Source: Mariniphaga sp.
GTDB taxonomy: Bacteria > Bacteroidota > Bacteroidia > Bacteroidales > Prolixibacteraceae
Assembly (NCBI GenBank): GCA_025355585.1
Contig: JANXZJ010000108.1
Coordinates: forward strand, 8,589-72,588
Length of the DNA: 64,000 nt
Direction of reading: 5' to 3'
Position numbers and translations under genes: made by a program. Position 1 is the first letter of the stretch, and each line of letters starts with the position of its first letter. The notes below the pieces were generated by a model. The model was not told where the DNA came from. It ran no database searches and was given only the letters and a program-made list of their open reading frames with translations. Of this stretch, positions 20,455 through 29,171 are shown in pieces.

Positions 20455-21906
20455 ATGAAGCTTAATAGTTTTATCTATCTGATTTTAAGTTTGCTGATTG
20501 TTACCTCATGTAATCTGATCAAAGGGAAAAAGAAAAAAAGCGCCTCATCTACAACAGGTTGGGCGTATAACGATGCTAAGAACGGAGGATTTGAATATCG
20601 TTCAGGGTATTCTCAAAATTCCGGACCCGGATTGGTGTATATTCAGGGAGGAACTTTTACGATGGGCCGCGTCGAACAGGATGTGATGTTCGAAGGAAAT
20701 AATATTCCCCGGAGGGTAACCGTTGCTTCATTCTATATGGATGAAACTGAAGTACGCAACGTCGATTGGCGCGAATACCTTTATTGGTTACAACGCGTTT
20801 ATCCAAACGATCGACCAATTTACAAAGCTGCATTGCCAGACACGCTGGTATGGCGTGATGAGTTGTCTTATAATGAGCCATATCTCGAAAATTACCTTCG
20901 TCATGCCGCCTATTCTGAATATCCGGTAGTTGGTGTAAGCTGGGTTCAGGCTGACAAATATTGCAGATGGAGGACCGACAGGGCCAATGAAGGTATTTTG
21001 ATTGATGATCAAAAACTAAGTCCCGATCTTGCCCAGACAGGCAATAAAGTCTTTACCTCCGATGGATATCTCAATGGTGTATATGACGGTGTTGAAGGCA
21101 AAAAACCAATTAAAAACCTCGCCAAAGACGGCGGTACACGTCGTGTAAATATGTCGGATGGTATTGTTCTTCCCCGTTACAGACTCCCAACCGAAGCTGA
21201 GTGGGAATATGCTGCACTCGGTCTTGTTGGAAATACCGAAGAAGAGGTTGTTCTTGAGCGTCGTATTTATCCATGGAATGGAAATCAGATCAGGAATAGT
21301 GCTAAAAAAGGCAGGGGAGAAATGATGGCCAATAATGTAAGAGGTCGCGGTGACTATATGGGTGTTGCCGGTGCGTTGAATGATGGTTATGAAATTGCAG
21401 CTCCTGTCAAATCATTCCTGCCGAACGATTATAATTTGTATTGCATGGCCGGAAATGTAAATGAATGGGTTCAGGATGTATACCGGCCGAATTCTTTTAC
21501 AGATGTCAATGAATTTCAACCGTTAAGAGGAAATGTTTATACAAATTACCGCCGTGGCACTGATGGTAAACCAATCATGGATCAGTATGGAGAACTTATA
21601 AGGGATACCGTAGCCAACTTCACAAACTTTAAAGATGGCGATTATCAGTCGATAATTTCCGAATCGGAGGACTGGAAGAACGACAGCATTAAAGTATCTA
21701 CTGGCGAGATGTACTCCTCCGGAGCCGGCGAATCATCGCCAAGAATCTCCGACCATAGCCGGGTTTATAAAGGTGGAAGTTGGAAAGACCGAACTTATTG
21801 GTTAGGTCCCGGAACCCGCAGATTTATGGACGAGCGAAAATCGACCAACGATCTTGGTTTCCGATGTGCGATGACCCATCTCGGTGATTCGAATACAAAA
21901 AAATAA
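20455..21906 (+). CDS. gldJ: Gliding motility/T9SS lipoprotein GldJ (SUMF1/FGE-like fold)
   Basis: 483 aa with lipoprotein signal LIVTSC. TGWAYNDAKNGGFEY and FGE-sulfatase-like motifs (GVSW, RLPTEAEWEYAA, GNVNEWV, RVYKGGSW) are typical of GldJ. Confidence 0.85.
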   Translation: MKLNSFIYLILSLLIVTSCNLIKGKKKKSASSTTGWAYNDAKNGGFEYRSGYSQNSGPGLVYIQGGTFTMGRVEQDVMFEGNNIPRRVTVASFYMDETEVRNVDWREYLYWLQRVYPNDRPIYKAALPDTLVWRDELSYNEPYLENYLRHAAYSEYPVVGVSWVQADKYCRWRTDRANEGILIDDQKLSPDLAQTGNKVFTSDGYLNGVYDGVEGKKPIKNLAKDGGTRRVNMSDGIVLPRYRLPTEAEWEYAALGLVGNTEEEVVLERRIYPWNGNQIRNSAKKGRGEMMANNVRGRGDYMGVAGALNDGYEIAAPVKSFLPNDYNLYCMAGNVNEWVQDVYRPNSFTDVNEFQPLRGNVYTNYRRGTDGKPIMDQYGELIRDTVANFTNFKDGDYQSIISESEDWKNDSIKVSTGEMYSSGAGESSPRISDHSRVYKGGSWKDRTYWLGPGTRRFMDERKSTNDLGFRCAMTHLGDSNTKK

Positions 21907-21929
21907 GATCAATCCGAAATTATAAAAAA

Positions 21930-21955
21930 ACCTCATCTTAAAAATGAGGTTTTTT
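21930..21955 (+). terminator. Rho-independent terminator after gldJ
   Basis: ACCTCAT cttaaaa ATGAGGT followed by TTTTT. Confidence 0.75.
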
Positions 21956-21968
21956 AATTAGTATCAAT

Positions 21969-23264
21969 ATGATTTCAATTACAACGTTATACGACCTATT
22001 TTTAAAGCATCCCCAAATATCCACCGATAGTCGAAAGATCAAAAAGGATTCCCTGTTTTTCGCATTGAAGGGAGACAATTTTAACGGGAATGTCTACGCT
22101 TCCACTGCTTTGGAAAATGGAGCGGCTTATTCGGTCATTGATGAGGCAACCGAACCAATGGATGACCGGTATATCTTAGTTGAAAATGTGTTGTCTGCAT
22201 TGCAGGAATTAGCACGTTATCACCGGCTTCAGCTGGCGATACCCATCATAGCAATTACCGGAACCAATGGAAAGACGACGACAAAGGAGCTGGTCACCAC
22301 TGTATTGTCTAAAAAATTCAGGGTTGAATGTACGAAAGGAAACCTGAATAATCATATCGGAGTTCCGCTTACATTGTTATCAATGAATGCTTCAACACAG
22401 ATCGGCATTGTAGAGATGGGTGCGAATCACCCCGGTGAAATTGCTACTTTATGCAATATTGCCTTGCCCGACTTTGGGCTGATTACAAATGTAGGGGTGG
22501 CACACCTTGAAGGATTTGGTTCCTTCGAAGGCGTAAAAAAAACAAAGGCCGAATTGTACCGGTTTATTGAGAAGGCAGGTGGTAAGATTTTTCTGAATAC
22601 GGCTAATCCCAGTTTAAAGGAGATGTCAGAAGCGGTTGCGACTATCAATTATAAAACAGCAAAAGCAGGTGAAGGAATAGAAGGAGAGTTAATTCAATCA
22701 TCCCCTTTCATGGTTTTCCAGGTTAAATTTCCGAAAGGATGGTTGTATATTAAAACCAATCTTGCAGGAGGATACAATCTCGAGAACGCTCTTGCCGCCG
22801 TGTGTATTGGTAATTTTTTCGAAGTTAGTCCGCTTGAAATCCAGGAGGCGATCGAGGCTTACAAACCTTCGAATAACCGCTCACAATTTGTCCGGACCGC
22901 TCACAATCAGCTTCTGATGGATGCCTACAATGCCAACCCGACGAGCATGGATGCAGCATTGGAGAATTTTAAAGCATTTGATGCACCGCTGAAAGGTGTT
23001 ATCCTGGGTGATATGTTCGAATTAGGCGAGACGTCGCATGAAGAGCATCAGAAAGTCGTTAATAAGCTGATGACGATGAACTTTGAATTGATAATGCTAA
23101 CCGGTAAGGAATTTTCAAAATGTAGCGTTCCTTCCTCTTTCCTGATATTTGAAAATAACACTTTGTTGATCAATTATATTGAAAGTTTAAATTCGAAAGG
23201 TTACCTGTTCCTGATTAAGGGTTCAAGAGGTATGAAACTTGAGACGGTGGCTGATAAGTTGTGA
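21969..23264 (+). CDS. murF: UDP-N-acetylmuramoyl-tripeptide--D-alanyl-D-alanine ligase
   Basis: 431 aa with the Mur ligase P-loop ITGTNGKTTTKE and the motif DAYNANPTSM. Confidence 0.9.
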   Translation: MISITTLYDLFLKHPQISTDSRKIKKDSLFFALKGDNFNGNVYASTALENGAAYSVIDEATEPMDDRYILVENVLSALQELARYHRLQLAIPIIAITGTNGKTTTKELVTTVLSKKFRVECTKGNLNNHIGVPLTLLSMNASTQIGIVEMGANHPGEIATLCNIALPDFGLITNVGVAHLEGFGSFEGVKKTKAELYRFIEKAGGKIFLNTANPSLKEMSEAVATINYKTAKAGEGIEGELIQSSPFMVFQVKFPKGWLYIKTNLAGGYNLENALAAVCIGNFFEVSPLEIQEAIEAYKPSNNRSQFVRTAHNQLLMDAYNANPTSMDAALENFKAFDAPLKGVILGDMFELGETSHEEHQKVVNKLMTMNFELIMLTGKEFSKCSVPSSFLIFENNTLLINYIESLNSKGYLFLIKGSRGMKLETVADKL

Positions 23265-23374
23265 GGGAGAGACTTTGTGAGGGAGGGAAAAAGAGAAATA
23301 TAATGCGGATGTTTGTTTTGTCTTTAACCTTTATCCTTTTCATTCATTCTTATTTCAACCTTGCCTTTAATCCT

Positions 23375-23382
23375 TAACTTTG
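23375..23382 (+). promoter_or_regulatory. Candidate -7 box (TAACTTTG) upstream of the CCA-adding enzyme gene
   Basis: TAnnTTTG match 25 nt upstream of ATG 23407. Confidence 0.35.
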
Positions 23383-23406
23383 CCCGAATACAATAATTCC
23401 TCTTCA

Positions 23407-24846
23407 ATGATGCCAGAAAGGCACAATTTAAAAGATAGTTTAACCCATCCGGTCTTCAAAAAGATTGGTGACGTTTCTGATCAACAGGGTGTTGAGACTT
23501 ATGTGGTCGGTGGTTTTGTACGCGATGTGCTTCTTGGCCGAAAGCGGGAAGTCTTCGATGTCGATATTGTGACAGTGGGAAGTGGGATCGATCTGGCAAC
23601 CAAAGTGGCTGCCGCGTTGCGTCCCGGACTGAAAGTGAGTATTTTCAAGAACTTTGGAACGGCCATGTTCCGGTTCAGCGATATCGATTTTGAGTTCGTT
23701 GGTGCACGACGTGAATCGTACCGGCAGGAGAGCCGTAAACCCATTGTTGAAGACGGAACCCTCGAAGATGATCAGAACCGGCGGGACTTTACGATCAATG
23801 CGCTTGCAATTTGTCTGAATGAAAGCCGGTTTGGAGAATTGCTTGACCCTTTTGACGGAATTGGAGATCTGAAGAATAAAATCATCAAAACGCCGCTTGC
23901 ACCCGAAATCACGTTCTCCGACGATCCGTTGAGGATGTTGAGGGCCATCAGGTTTGCGACGCAACTCGATTTTATGATCGAAGAAAAAACGTTAGCCGCC
24001 ATTCAAAGTCAGTGTAATCGTATTGAAATCGTTTCAAAAGAACGGATTACGGACGAGATCAATAAAATAATGCTCACTCCCAACCCTTCAGTCGGGTTTA
24101 AGCTGCTCGAAAAAACAGGTTTGCTCGCCATCATTCTGCCTGAAGTTCAGAAACTGAAAGGACGTGAGACGAAGAACGGAATCGGGCACAAAGATAATTT
24201 CTACCATACACTCGAAGTCCTCGACCGGATTTCAAAAAATACTGACAACCTGTGGCTGCGCTGGTCAGCATTGCTTCACGACATCGCCAAGCCGGTAACA
24301 AAACGTTTCGATGCCCGTGTAGGATGGACCTTTCATGCGCATAATTTCATTGGCGAAAAGATGTTGCCTTCAATTTTCGACCGGATGAAGCTGCCTCTGA
24401 ACGAGAAGCTCAAGTATGTGCAAAAGATGGTTTCACTTCATATGCGTCCCATTGTTTTGTCAGAGGAAGAGGTGACCGATTCGGCCGTAAGAAGGCTGCT
24501 TTTTGATGCCGGTGACGACATTGATGACCTGATGACGCTTTGCGAAGCTGATATCACTTCGAAGAATCCCGAAAAGGTGAGCCGTTTTCTTTCTAATTTT
24601 CAACTGGTTCGCGAAAAACTGAAAGACATCGAAGAACGTGATGCGCTCCGGAATTTCCAGCCGCCCATCACCGGTGAAATCATTATGGAAACTTTTTCTT
24701 TACAGCCGGGCCGCGAGATCGGAATACTGAAAACAGCGATCAAGGAGGCCATTCTCGAAGGCGAAATCCACAACAATTACGACGAAGCTTTCAAATATAT
24801 GCTGGACAAAGGGAAGGAACTGGGCCTTGTGGCTAAGGAAATGTAA
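23407..24846 (+). CDS. cca: tRNA nucleotidyltransferase / poly(A) polymerase family protein with HD domain (CCA-adding enzyme)
   Basis: ORF 23380..24846; the likely ATG is at 23407. Motifs GGFVRDVLLGR, DVDIV, RRDFTINAL and a C-terminal HD domain (HDIAKP) are present. Confidence 0.85.
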   Translation: MMPERHNLKDSLTHPVFKKIGDVSDQQGVETYVVGGFVRDVLLGRKREVFDVDIVTVGSGIDLATKVAAALRPGLKVSIFKNFGTAMFRFSDIDFEFVGARRESYRQESRKPIVEDGTLEDDQNRRDFTINALAICLNESRFGELLDPFDGIGDLKNKIIKTPLAPEITFSDDPLRMLRAIRFATQLDFMIEEKTLAAIQSQCNRIEIVSKERITDEINKIMLTPNPSVGFKLLEKTGLLAIILPEVQKLKGRETKNGIGHKDNFYHTLEVLDRISKNTDNLWLRWSALLHDIAKPVTKRFDARVGWTFHAHNFIGEKMLPSIFDRMKLPLNEKLKYVQKMVSLHMRPIVLSEEEVTDSAVRRLLFDAGDDIDDLMTLCEADITSKNPEKVSRFLSNFQLVREKLKDIEERDALRNFQPPITGEIIMETFSLQPGREIGILKTAIKEAILEGEIHNNYDEAFKYMLDKGKELGLVAKEM

Positions 24847-24850
24847 AGTT

Positions 24851-25141
24851 TCATTTGGTCCCAGACAAGTATAGTGGTATATCTTTTAGGTGTTGGGGTA
24901 TACCTGTAAGCTGTTGGGGTCTATCTGTTGGGTGTTGAGGTCTATCTGTAAAGTGATGGGGTCTACCTGTCAAGTGTTGAGGTCTATCTGTAAAGTGATG
25001 GGGTCTACTTGTCAAGTGTTGGGGTCTACCTGTCAAGTGTTGAGGTCTATCTGCCAAGTATTGGGGTCTTTCTGTTAAGTGTTGAGGCCTTTCTGTTATG
25101 TGAGGAGGTCTATCTGTCATGTTAGCCTGCCACCCTGTCAT
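24851..25141 (-). CDS. Hypothetical heptad-repeat (RPQHLTx) His/Pro-rich ORF coincident with the 21-bp array; coding status uncertain
   Basis: The 96-aa ORF is almost entirely ~12 heptads (TDRPQHL / TGRPQHL / TDRPHHF). It has no signal peptide and no recognisable family. The opposite strand is also open (24890..25078), because the repeat unit lacks stops in two of the six frames. Confidence 0.3.
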   Translation of the reverse strand: MTGWQANMTDRPPHITERPQHLTERPQYLADRPQHLTGRPQHLTSRPHHFTDRPQHLTGRPHHFTDRPQHPTDRPQQLTGIPQHLKDIPLYLSGTK

Positions 25142-25148
25142 GAGTTGA
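24876..25148. repeat. Tandem array of 13 units of 21 bp (consensus GGTCTAYCTGTMAAGTGWTGR), perfectly in register
   Basis: I laid out all 13 units by hand. Unit boundaries fall at 24876 + 21n with no indels; units 4 and 6 are identical, as are units 5 and 8. The outer units are degenerate. Confidence 0.95.
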
Positions 25149-25432
25149 AATATTTATGTTGTGTAGGCGGGGTTTCCATGGTCTGTCAGGCTTGGACAAA
25201 GTTCAGTGAGGTAAGTGGAGTATTCCTTTCCATGTTCGGGAAGAAAGGTCTTGAAGTCTGTTTCCCGGTGCCTGTCCCAACTTATTATCATTTCATTCGG
25301 ATCTTCTGCAAATTTTCAATGGCTAATTCGATTGCCAGAAATCGGGATTATATTGAGGGTACCCAATGTGCTATTTGGCAAGAGAGTAAATCCATTTAAT
25401 GTATATTCAACTTCCCTCTCACAAGATGCTTT

Positions 25433-25498
25433 GCAAAAAAGACGCAAAGTATCGCGGGGTTAACAACCAGACATTGTTCAAATTACGATTCTTTGCGT
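25433..25498 (-). terminator. Long imperfect hairpin plus T-run, probable terminator of the cyd operon
   Basis: ACGCAAAGtATCG (25442-25454) pairs with CGATtCTTTGCGT (25486-25498). On the minus strand the hairpin is followed by CTTTTTTGC. It lies 57 nt after the cydX-like stop. Confidence 0.5.
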
Positions 25499-25554
25499 TT
25501 TAATTTTGAAATTTTTGAGACCTGCTCTTTCAAATTCTCTGGTGCTTCTGTTTC

Positions 25555-25668
25555 CTATTCTTCCAGCTCTTTTGCATATTTCTTCACAGCCCAGGTGACT
25601 GCAAGATAACTTACGTAAATCATCAACGGCCAGCAAAGCAGCCACAATATTTGAATAAAATAATTCAT
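25555..25668 (-). CDS. 37-aa single-TM small protein immediately downstream of cydB; CydX-like candidate
   Basis: Below the ORF-track length cutoff. Manual translation gives MNYFIQILWLLCWPLMIYVSYLAVTWAVKKYAKELEE. Its start lies 18 nt after the cydB stop, and it shares length, a single helix and an N-terminal x-Y-F-x-x-I-L pattern with enterobacterial CydX as I recall it. Confidence 0.5.
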   Translation of the reverse strand: MNYFIQILWLLCWPLMIYVSYLAVTWAVKKYAKELEE

Positions 25669-25686
25669 CTCTTTCTGTTTTAAAGA

Positions 25687-26823
25687 TTAATAAATGTGGC
25701 CTTCGGTCTTCCCGGTCATCTCACCTTCCGTGATTTTCTTTGTGTTAATCGCTCTCCAGGCATACCAGATGTAAGCAAGAACAAAAGGGACAGCAAGCGA
25801 AACGTAGCTCATTGTCTGAAGGGTGAATTTTGAGGACGAGCTGTTTACAATATTCAGCGAAGACTGTAAATTGTAGTTTGAAGGATAGTAACAGGTGTTG
25901 TTGTAACCGGCAATCAGCATCAGTGAAAAGACGACCAATATCGTGCCTCCGCCGGCCCACCAGATCCCGCGGGTCTGATCTTTTAATACAGATGAGATAA
26001 TTCCCCACAAAACAGCCAATACACCAGCCAGGAACAGGATCAATACAACCGGCATCTGGACCAGGTTCATGAAATACTTAAACGGTTCCATCGAAACAAC
26101 CATTGTTTCAGGATTATAAGCATAGCCATCTTTTAACACGAGACGTATTACGAAGACAAGGAAGAAGATCAGGAACGGAATGGTATTGTATACCAGGAGT
26201 TTTTTAGACCGGTCGAACAGAATTTTATGCTCGATTGAATTCATAAAATAAAGGAGCGCGAGAATCCTTGCGAGAAAAAAGACCGCCAAACCAAGTGCTA
26301 CATTGTTGATATTCAAAACAGCTTCGAGACCTCTTGCCTGGTTTTGCCAGGTGGAAGCATTCAGGTTGCTGACAGAAAACTCTGCGCCATTAAAAAAGGT
26401 GCCAACTACCACCCCTATCAGGATGGGACCCAGTAACCCGTTGGCAAACAGAAAAGCGTCGAATGTTTTTTGTCCCAGGAAGTTCTTTGGCTTGCTACGG
26501 TATTCATACGATACTGCCTGAATGATAAAGCAAAAAAGCAGTGCCATCCATGCCCAGTAAGCCCCGCCAAAACTGGTCGAATAGAACAAAGGGAAGGAGG
26601 CAAAAAAAGCACCGCCAAAAGTGACGAGGGTTGTAAACGTAAACTCCCATTTTCGTCCGAGCGCATTCATAATCATGGTTCTTTCATTCCTGTTTTTGGC
26701 AATCTCGTAAATGAGCGACTGTCCGCCCTGCACAAAGAGCAGGAAAACCAATAAGGCAGCAAGCAGCGAAATGATGGCCCACCAATAATGCTGGAGGGTT
26801 AAATGGCTTAATTGTTCAAACAT
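25687..26823 (-). CDS. cydB: Cytochrome bd ubiquinol oxidase subunit II
   Basis: 378 aa, polytopic, directly after cydA with a 2-nt gap. It has typical CydB hydrophobic organisation. Confidence 0.9.
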   Translation of the reverse strand: MFEQLSHLTLQHYWWAIISLLAALLVFLLFVQGGQSLIYEIAKNRNERTMIMNALGRKWEFTFTTLVTFGGAFFASFPLFYSTSFGGAYWAWMALLFCFIIQAVSYEYRSKPKNFLGQKTFDAFLFANGLLGPILIGVVVGTFFNGAEFSVSNLNASTWQNQARGLEAVLNINNVALGLAVFFLARILALLYFMNSIEHKILFDRSKKLLVYNTIPFLIFFLVFVIRLVLKDGYAYNPETMVVSMEPFKYFMNLVQMPVVLILFLAGVLAVLWGIISSVLKDQTRGIWWAGGGTILVVFSLMLIAGYNNTCYYPSNYNLQSSLNIVNSSSSKFTLQTMSYVSLAVPFVLAYIWYAWRAINTKKITEGEMTGKTEGHIY

Positions 26824-26825
26824 GA

Positions 26826-28391
26826 TCAGTGTCCTCCTTCGTTAGGTCCTATTTTTATTTGTTTCGTCATTATCTTTATTTCGGCAATCAGCAGTAATGT
26901 GAAAATCAGTGCGAAAAGCCAGAATGTTACCATTACCGCGCCTGCATTAATGTTTGAGACTGCTGCAACGGTTGGTAACAGATCCTGGACCACCCAGGGT
27001 TGTCGTCCCATTTCGGCAACCGTCCAGCCAGCCATTTGTGCGAGGTAGACCAGCGGAACCGTAAGGATGGCAATTTTCAGGAACAGTCGTCGTTTGGTAA
27101 TATCATCATTCACTATTAAGTAGATAGATAGAATAAAAAAGATTAGAAACCAGCTTCCAAGGATAACCATCATGTGGAAACTGTAGAAAACGAGCTGAAT
27201 ACCCGGAATCAATTCGTTGGAGTTCTTAATAAATCCATAACCGAAATATTTGAAATAGTTGGCCTGAAAGTCTTTCGACATAAATTTGTCACGCATCTGC
27301 AGTGCTTCCTCTTTCCGGCCTTCCGTAAGGGCATTCTTGTAATTACGGAGTGTTTCGATGGCCATTTTACCCCTCGAGATCTTGTCGGCGGCAGTGAGCA
27401 TTCCTTCTTTTTCGTTACCATTCAGTAAATCTTTCACCCCGGGAACAAACGCATTGGCATCGAGGTGAATCATGTACGACAGGGCATTGGGGATTTCTAT
27501 TTTGAATAGAAATTCGTGTAGCTGATCATTTGCCGGATCGGTGTGGGTCGGCGAAAAAATTCCAAACGCGACCAGCCCGGCCCCATTCTTCCCCTGGTAA
27601 AGTCCCTCCATCGCTGCCAGTTTCATCGGCTGATTTTGGGCGACCAGCCTGGCTGATCCATCACCCGTCGTAACTAGAAACAGCGAACTTATGAAACCAA
27701 ATATGGCAGCCACCAGAATGCTTTTCTTTGCAAAGGGCACTTCTCTTTTTTTCAGAAGAAACCACGCCGAAATTCCGATGATGAAGATTCCTGCCAACAC
27801 AAAACCCGAAGAAATCGTGTGGAGAAATTTATTGATGGCCATTGGGGAAAGGAACACATCCCAGAAATTGACCATTTCATTTCGGGCGGTATCAGGATTA
27901 AATTGCATCCCAACCGGATTTTGCATCCACGCATTGGCCACCAGAATCCACAATGCCGATAAGTTGGCGCCAATGGCGGTTAGCCATGTCGAAACAAGGT
28001 GAAACCGTTTGCTCACTTTGTCCCATCCGAAAAACATCACAGCAATAAACGTCGATTCCATGAAAAAAGCCATGATTCCTTCGATGGCAAGAGGAGCCCC
28101 AAAGATGTCTCCTACAAACCACGAATAATAAGACCAGTTTGTACCGAATTGAAATTCAAGAATAATACCAGTTGCTACCCCGATGGCAAAGTTAATTCCG
28201 AAGACTTTCATCCAAAATCTGGTGATTTTCTTCCATTCAGGGTCACCTGTTTTGTAATAAATAGTCTCCATAATTGCCAGGATAAATGTGATCCCAAGGG
28301 TCAGGGGGACAAATAGCCAATGGTAAAAAGCAGTAAGAGCAAACTGACCTCTCGACCAATCGAGCATTGACAGATCAACGATTTCGTTCAT
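26826..28391 (-). CDS. cydA: Cytochrome bd ubiquinol oxidase subunit I
   Basis: 521 aa. The N-terminus reads LSRGQFALTAFYHWLFVPLTLG, and the motif GWTVAEMGRQPWVV and a long Q-loop are present. Confidence 0.95.
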   Translation of the reverse strand: MNEIVDLSMLDWSRGQFALTAFYHWLFVPLTLGITFILAIMETIYYKTGDPEWKKITRFWMKVFGINFAIGVATGIILEFQFGTNWSYYSWFVGDIFGAPLAIEGIMAFFMESTFIAVMFFGWDKVSKRFHLVSTWLTAIGANLSALWILVANAWMQNPVGMQFNPDTARNEMVNFWDVFLSPMAINKFLHTISSGFVLAGIFIIGISAWFLLKKREVPFAKKSILVAAIFGFISSLFLVTTGDGSARLVAQNQPMKLAAMEGLYQGKNGAGLVAFGIFSPTHTDPANDQLHEFLFKIEIPNALSYMIHLDANAFVPGVKDLLNGNEKEGMLTAADKISRGKMAIETLRNYKNALTEGRKEEALQMRDKFMSKDFQANYFKYFGYGFIKNSNELIPGIQLVFYSFHMMVILGSWFLIFFILSIYLIVNDDITKRRLFLKIAILTVPLVYLAQMAGWTVAEMGRQPWVVQDLLPTVAAVSNINAGAVMVTFWLFALIFTLLLIAEIKIMTKQIKIGPNEGGH

Positions 28392-28397
28392 AGCTGA

Positions 28398-28601
28398 TTA
28401 TTTAGATTTTGTGAAATTTTCAATGACATTTGCGCTGCGCTCTTTGTCGGTATTAAAGTTCTTCTTCAAATAGTTAGGAAAAAAGAAAAGTTTCAGCACA
28501 AAAAAAAGGATAAAAAATTTGATGAGGATGATGACCCACAAGGTGCGCCCCAACGTCATCTCTTTAAAGCCGTCGATGTAGAATTGTACTATTTTTTTCA
28601 C
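28398..28601 (-). CDS. DUF4492-like small membrane protein preceding cydA
   Basis: 67 aa with one hydrophobic helix (LWVIILIKFFILFFVLKLFFF). Its stop is 6 nt upstream of cydA, the arrangement typical of Bacteroidota cyd operons. Confidence 0.65.
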   Translation of the reverse strand: MKKIVQFYIDGFKEMTLGRTLWVIILIKFFILFFVLKLFFFPNYLKKNFNTDKERSANVIENFTKSK

Positions 28602-28792
28602 CTAAAAACACAATTAACTTTCTTTCACACAATGAACATTTCTTTATTGTAATTTGTTCAATAATAAATTAGATTTACCCGGTTAATTTTAACGGCTTAT
28701 AGGCCCTATTCTAATCGACAATTGTTTAATTTTCTGATCTTGATTAAATTGCATTAAAAGTGCATATAATTTATTATTAAATACTATTCTGA

Positions 28793-29149
28793 ATGAGATT
28801 TCTTTCAATTCTTTGCTTGTTTTTTGTCATCAGTTGTACTAATCCTAACACAAAAAAAAGCCCTGACAAATTAGTTGCTGCTGTTTCGGAAAATGCGAAA
28901 ACGGTCGCTGTTGAATTTGCTATTCAGGGGATGACATGCGCCGGATGTGAACAGACAATTCAATCAGGCATTGCCAGCCTTAAAGGGGTAAAACAGGTAA
29001 AGGCTAATTTTAAGAATGGTAAGGCTTTTGTCGAATTTTTGCCCGATATTGCAGACACTATTCAGATGAAAGAGAAGATAGCGGCATCCGGATATGTTGT
29101 TGCAGGCGTTAAATCAATTCCGCTGGATAGTCTGCGCGTCAGGCTTTAA
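28793..29149 (+). CDS. Heavy-metal-associated (HMA) domain lipoprotein, putative periplasmic copper chaperone
   Basis: 118 aa with lipoprotein signal FFVISC and the HMA motif GMTCAGCEQTI on a ferredoxin-like fold. Confidence 0.75.
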   Translation: MRFLSILCLFFVISCTNPNTKKSPDKLVAAVSENAKTVAVEFAIQGMTCAGCEQTIQSGIASLKGVKQVKANFKNGKAFVEFLPDIADTIQMKEKIAASGYVVAGVKSIPLDSLRVRL

Positions 29150-29171
29150 ACTAACTGAACAAATACTTTTT

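Noticed and set aside
23440-23964. 174-aa antisense ORF inside the CCA-adding enzyme gene (and the neighbouring 23499..23744 and 23772..24002 ORFs)
   Set aside because: They are antisense to a CDS with clear nucleotidyltransferase motifs, and their Arg/Ser-rich composition is typical of reverse frames.
24876-25148. Possible CRISPR array, because of the regular short repeats
   Set aside because: The 21-bp units are directly abutting with no unique spacers. The unit is shorter than any CRISPR repeat, and no cas genes or leader are nearby. It is a plain tandem repeat.
25079-25463. Plus-strand ORFs 25079..25399 (106 aa) and 25215..25463 (82 aa) as real genes
   Set aside because: Their Cys/Ser/Phe-rich sequences are not protein-like, and they have no recognisable motifs. 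They overlap each other, start inside the repeat array, and run into the cyd-operon terminator hairpin. I treat them as chance open frames, though they weaken the pseudogene argument for the minus strand.
29094-29171. Upstream start for the FeS subunit overlapping the HMA gene
   Set aside because: ATG 29172 lies after the HMA stop and places the twin-arginine motif at a normal distance from the N-terminus.
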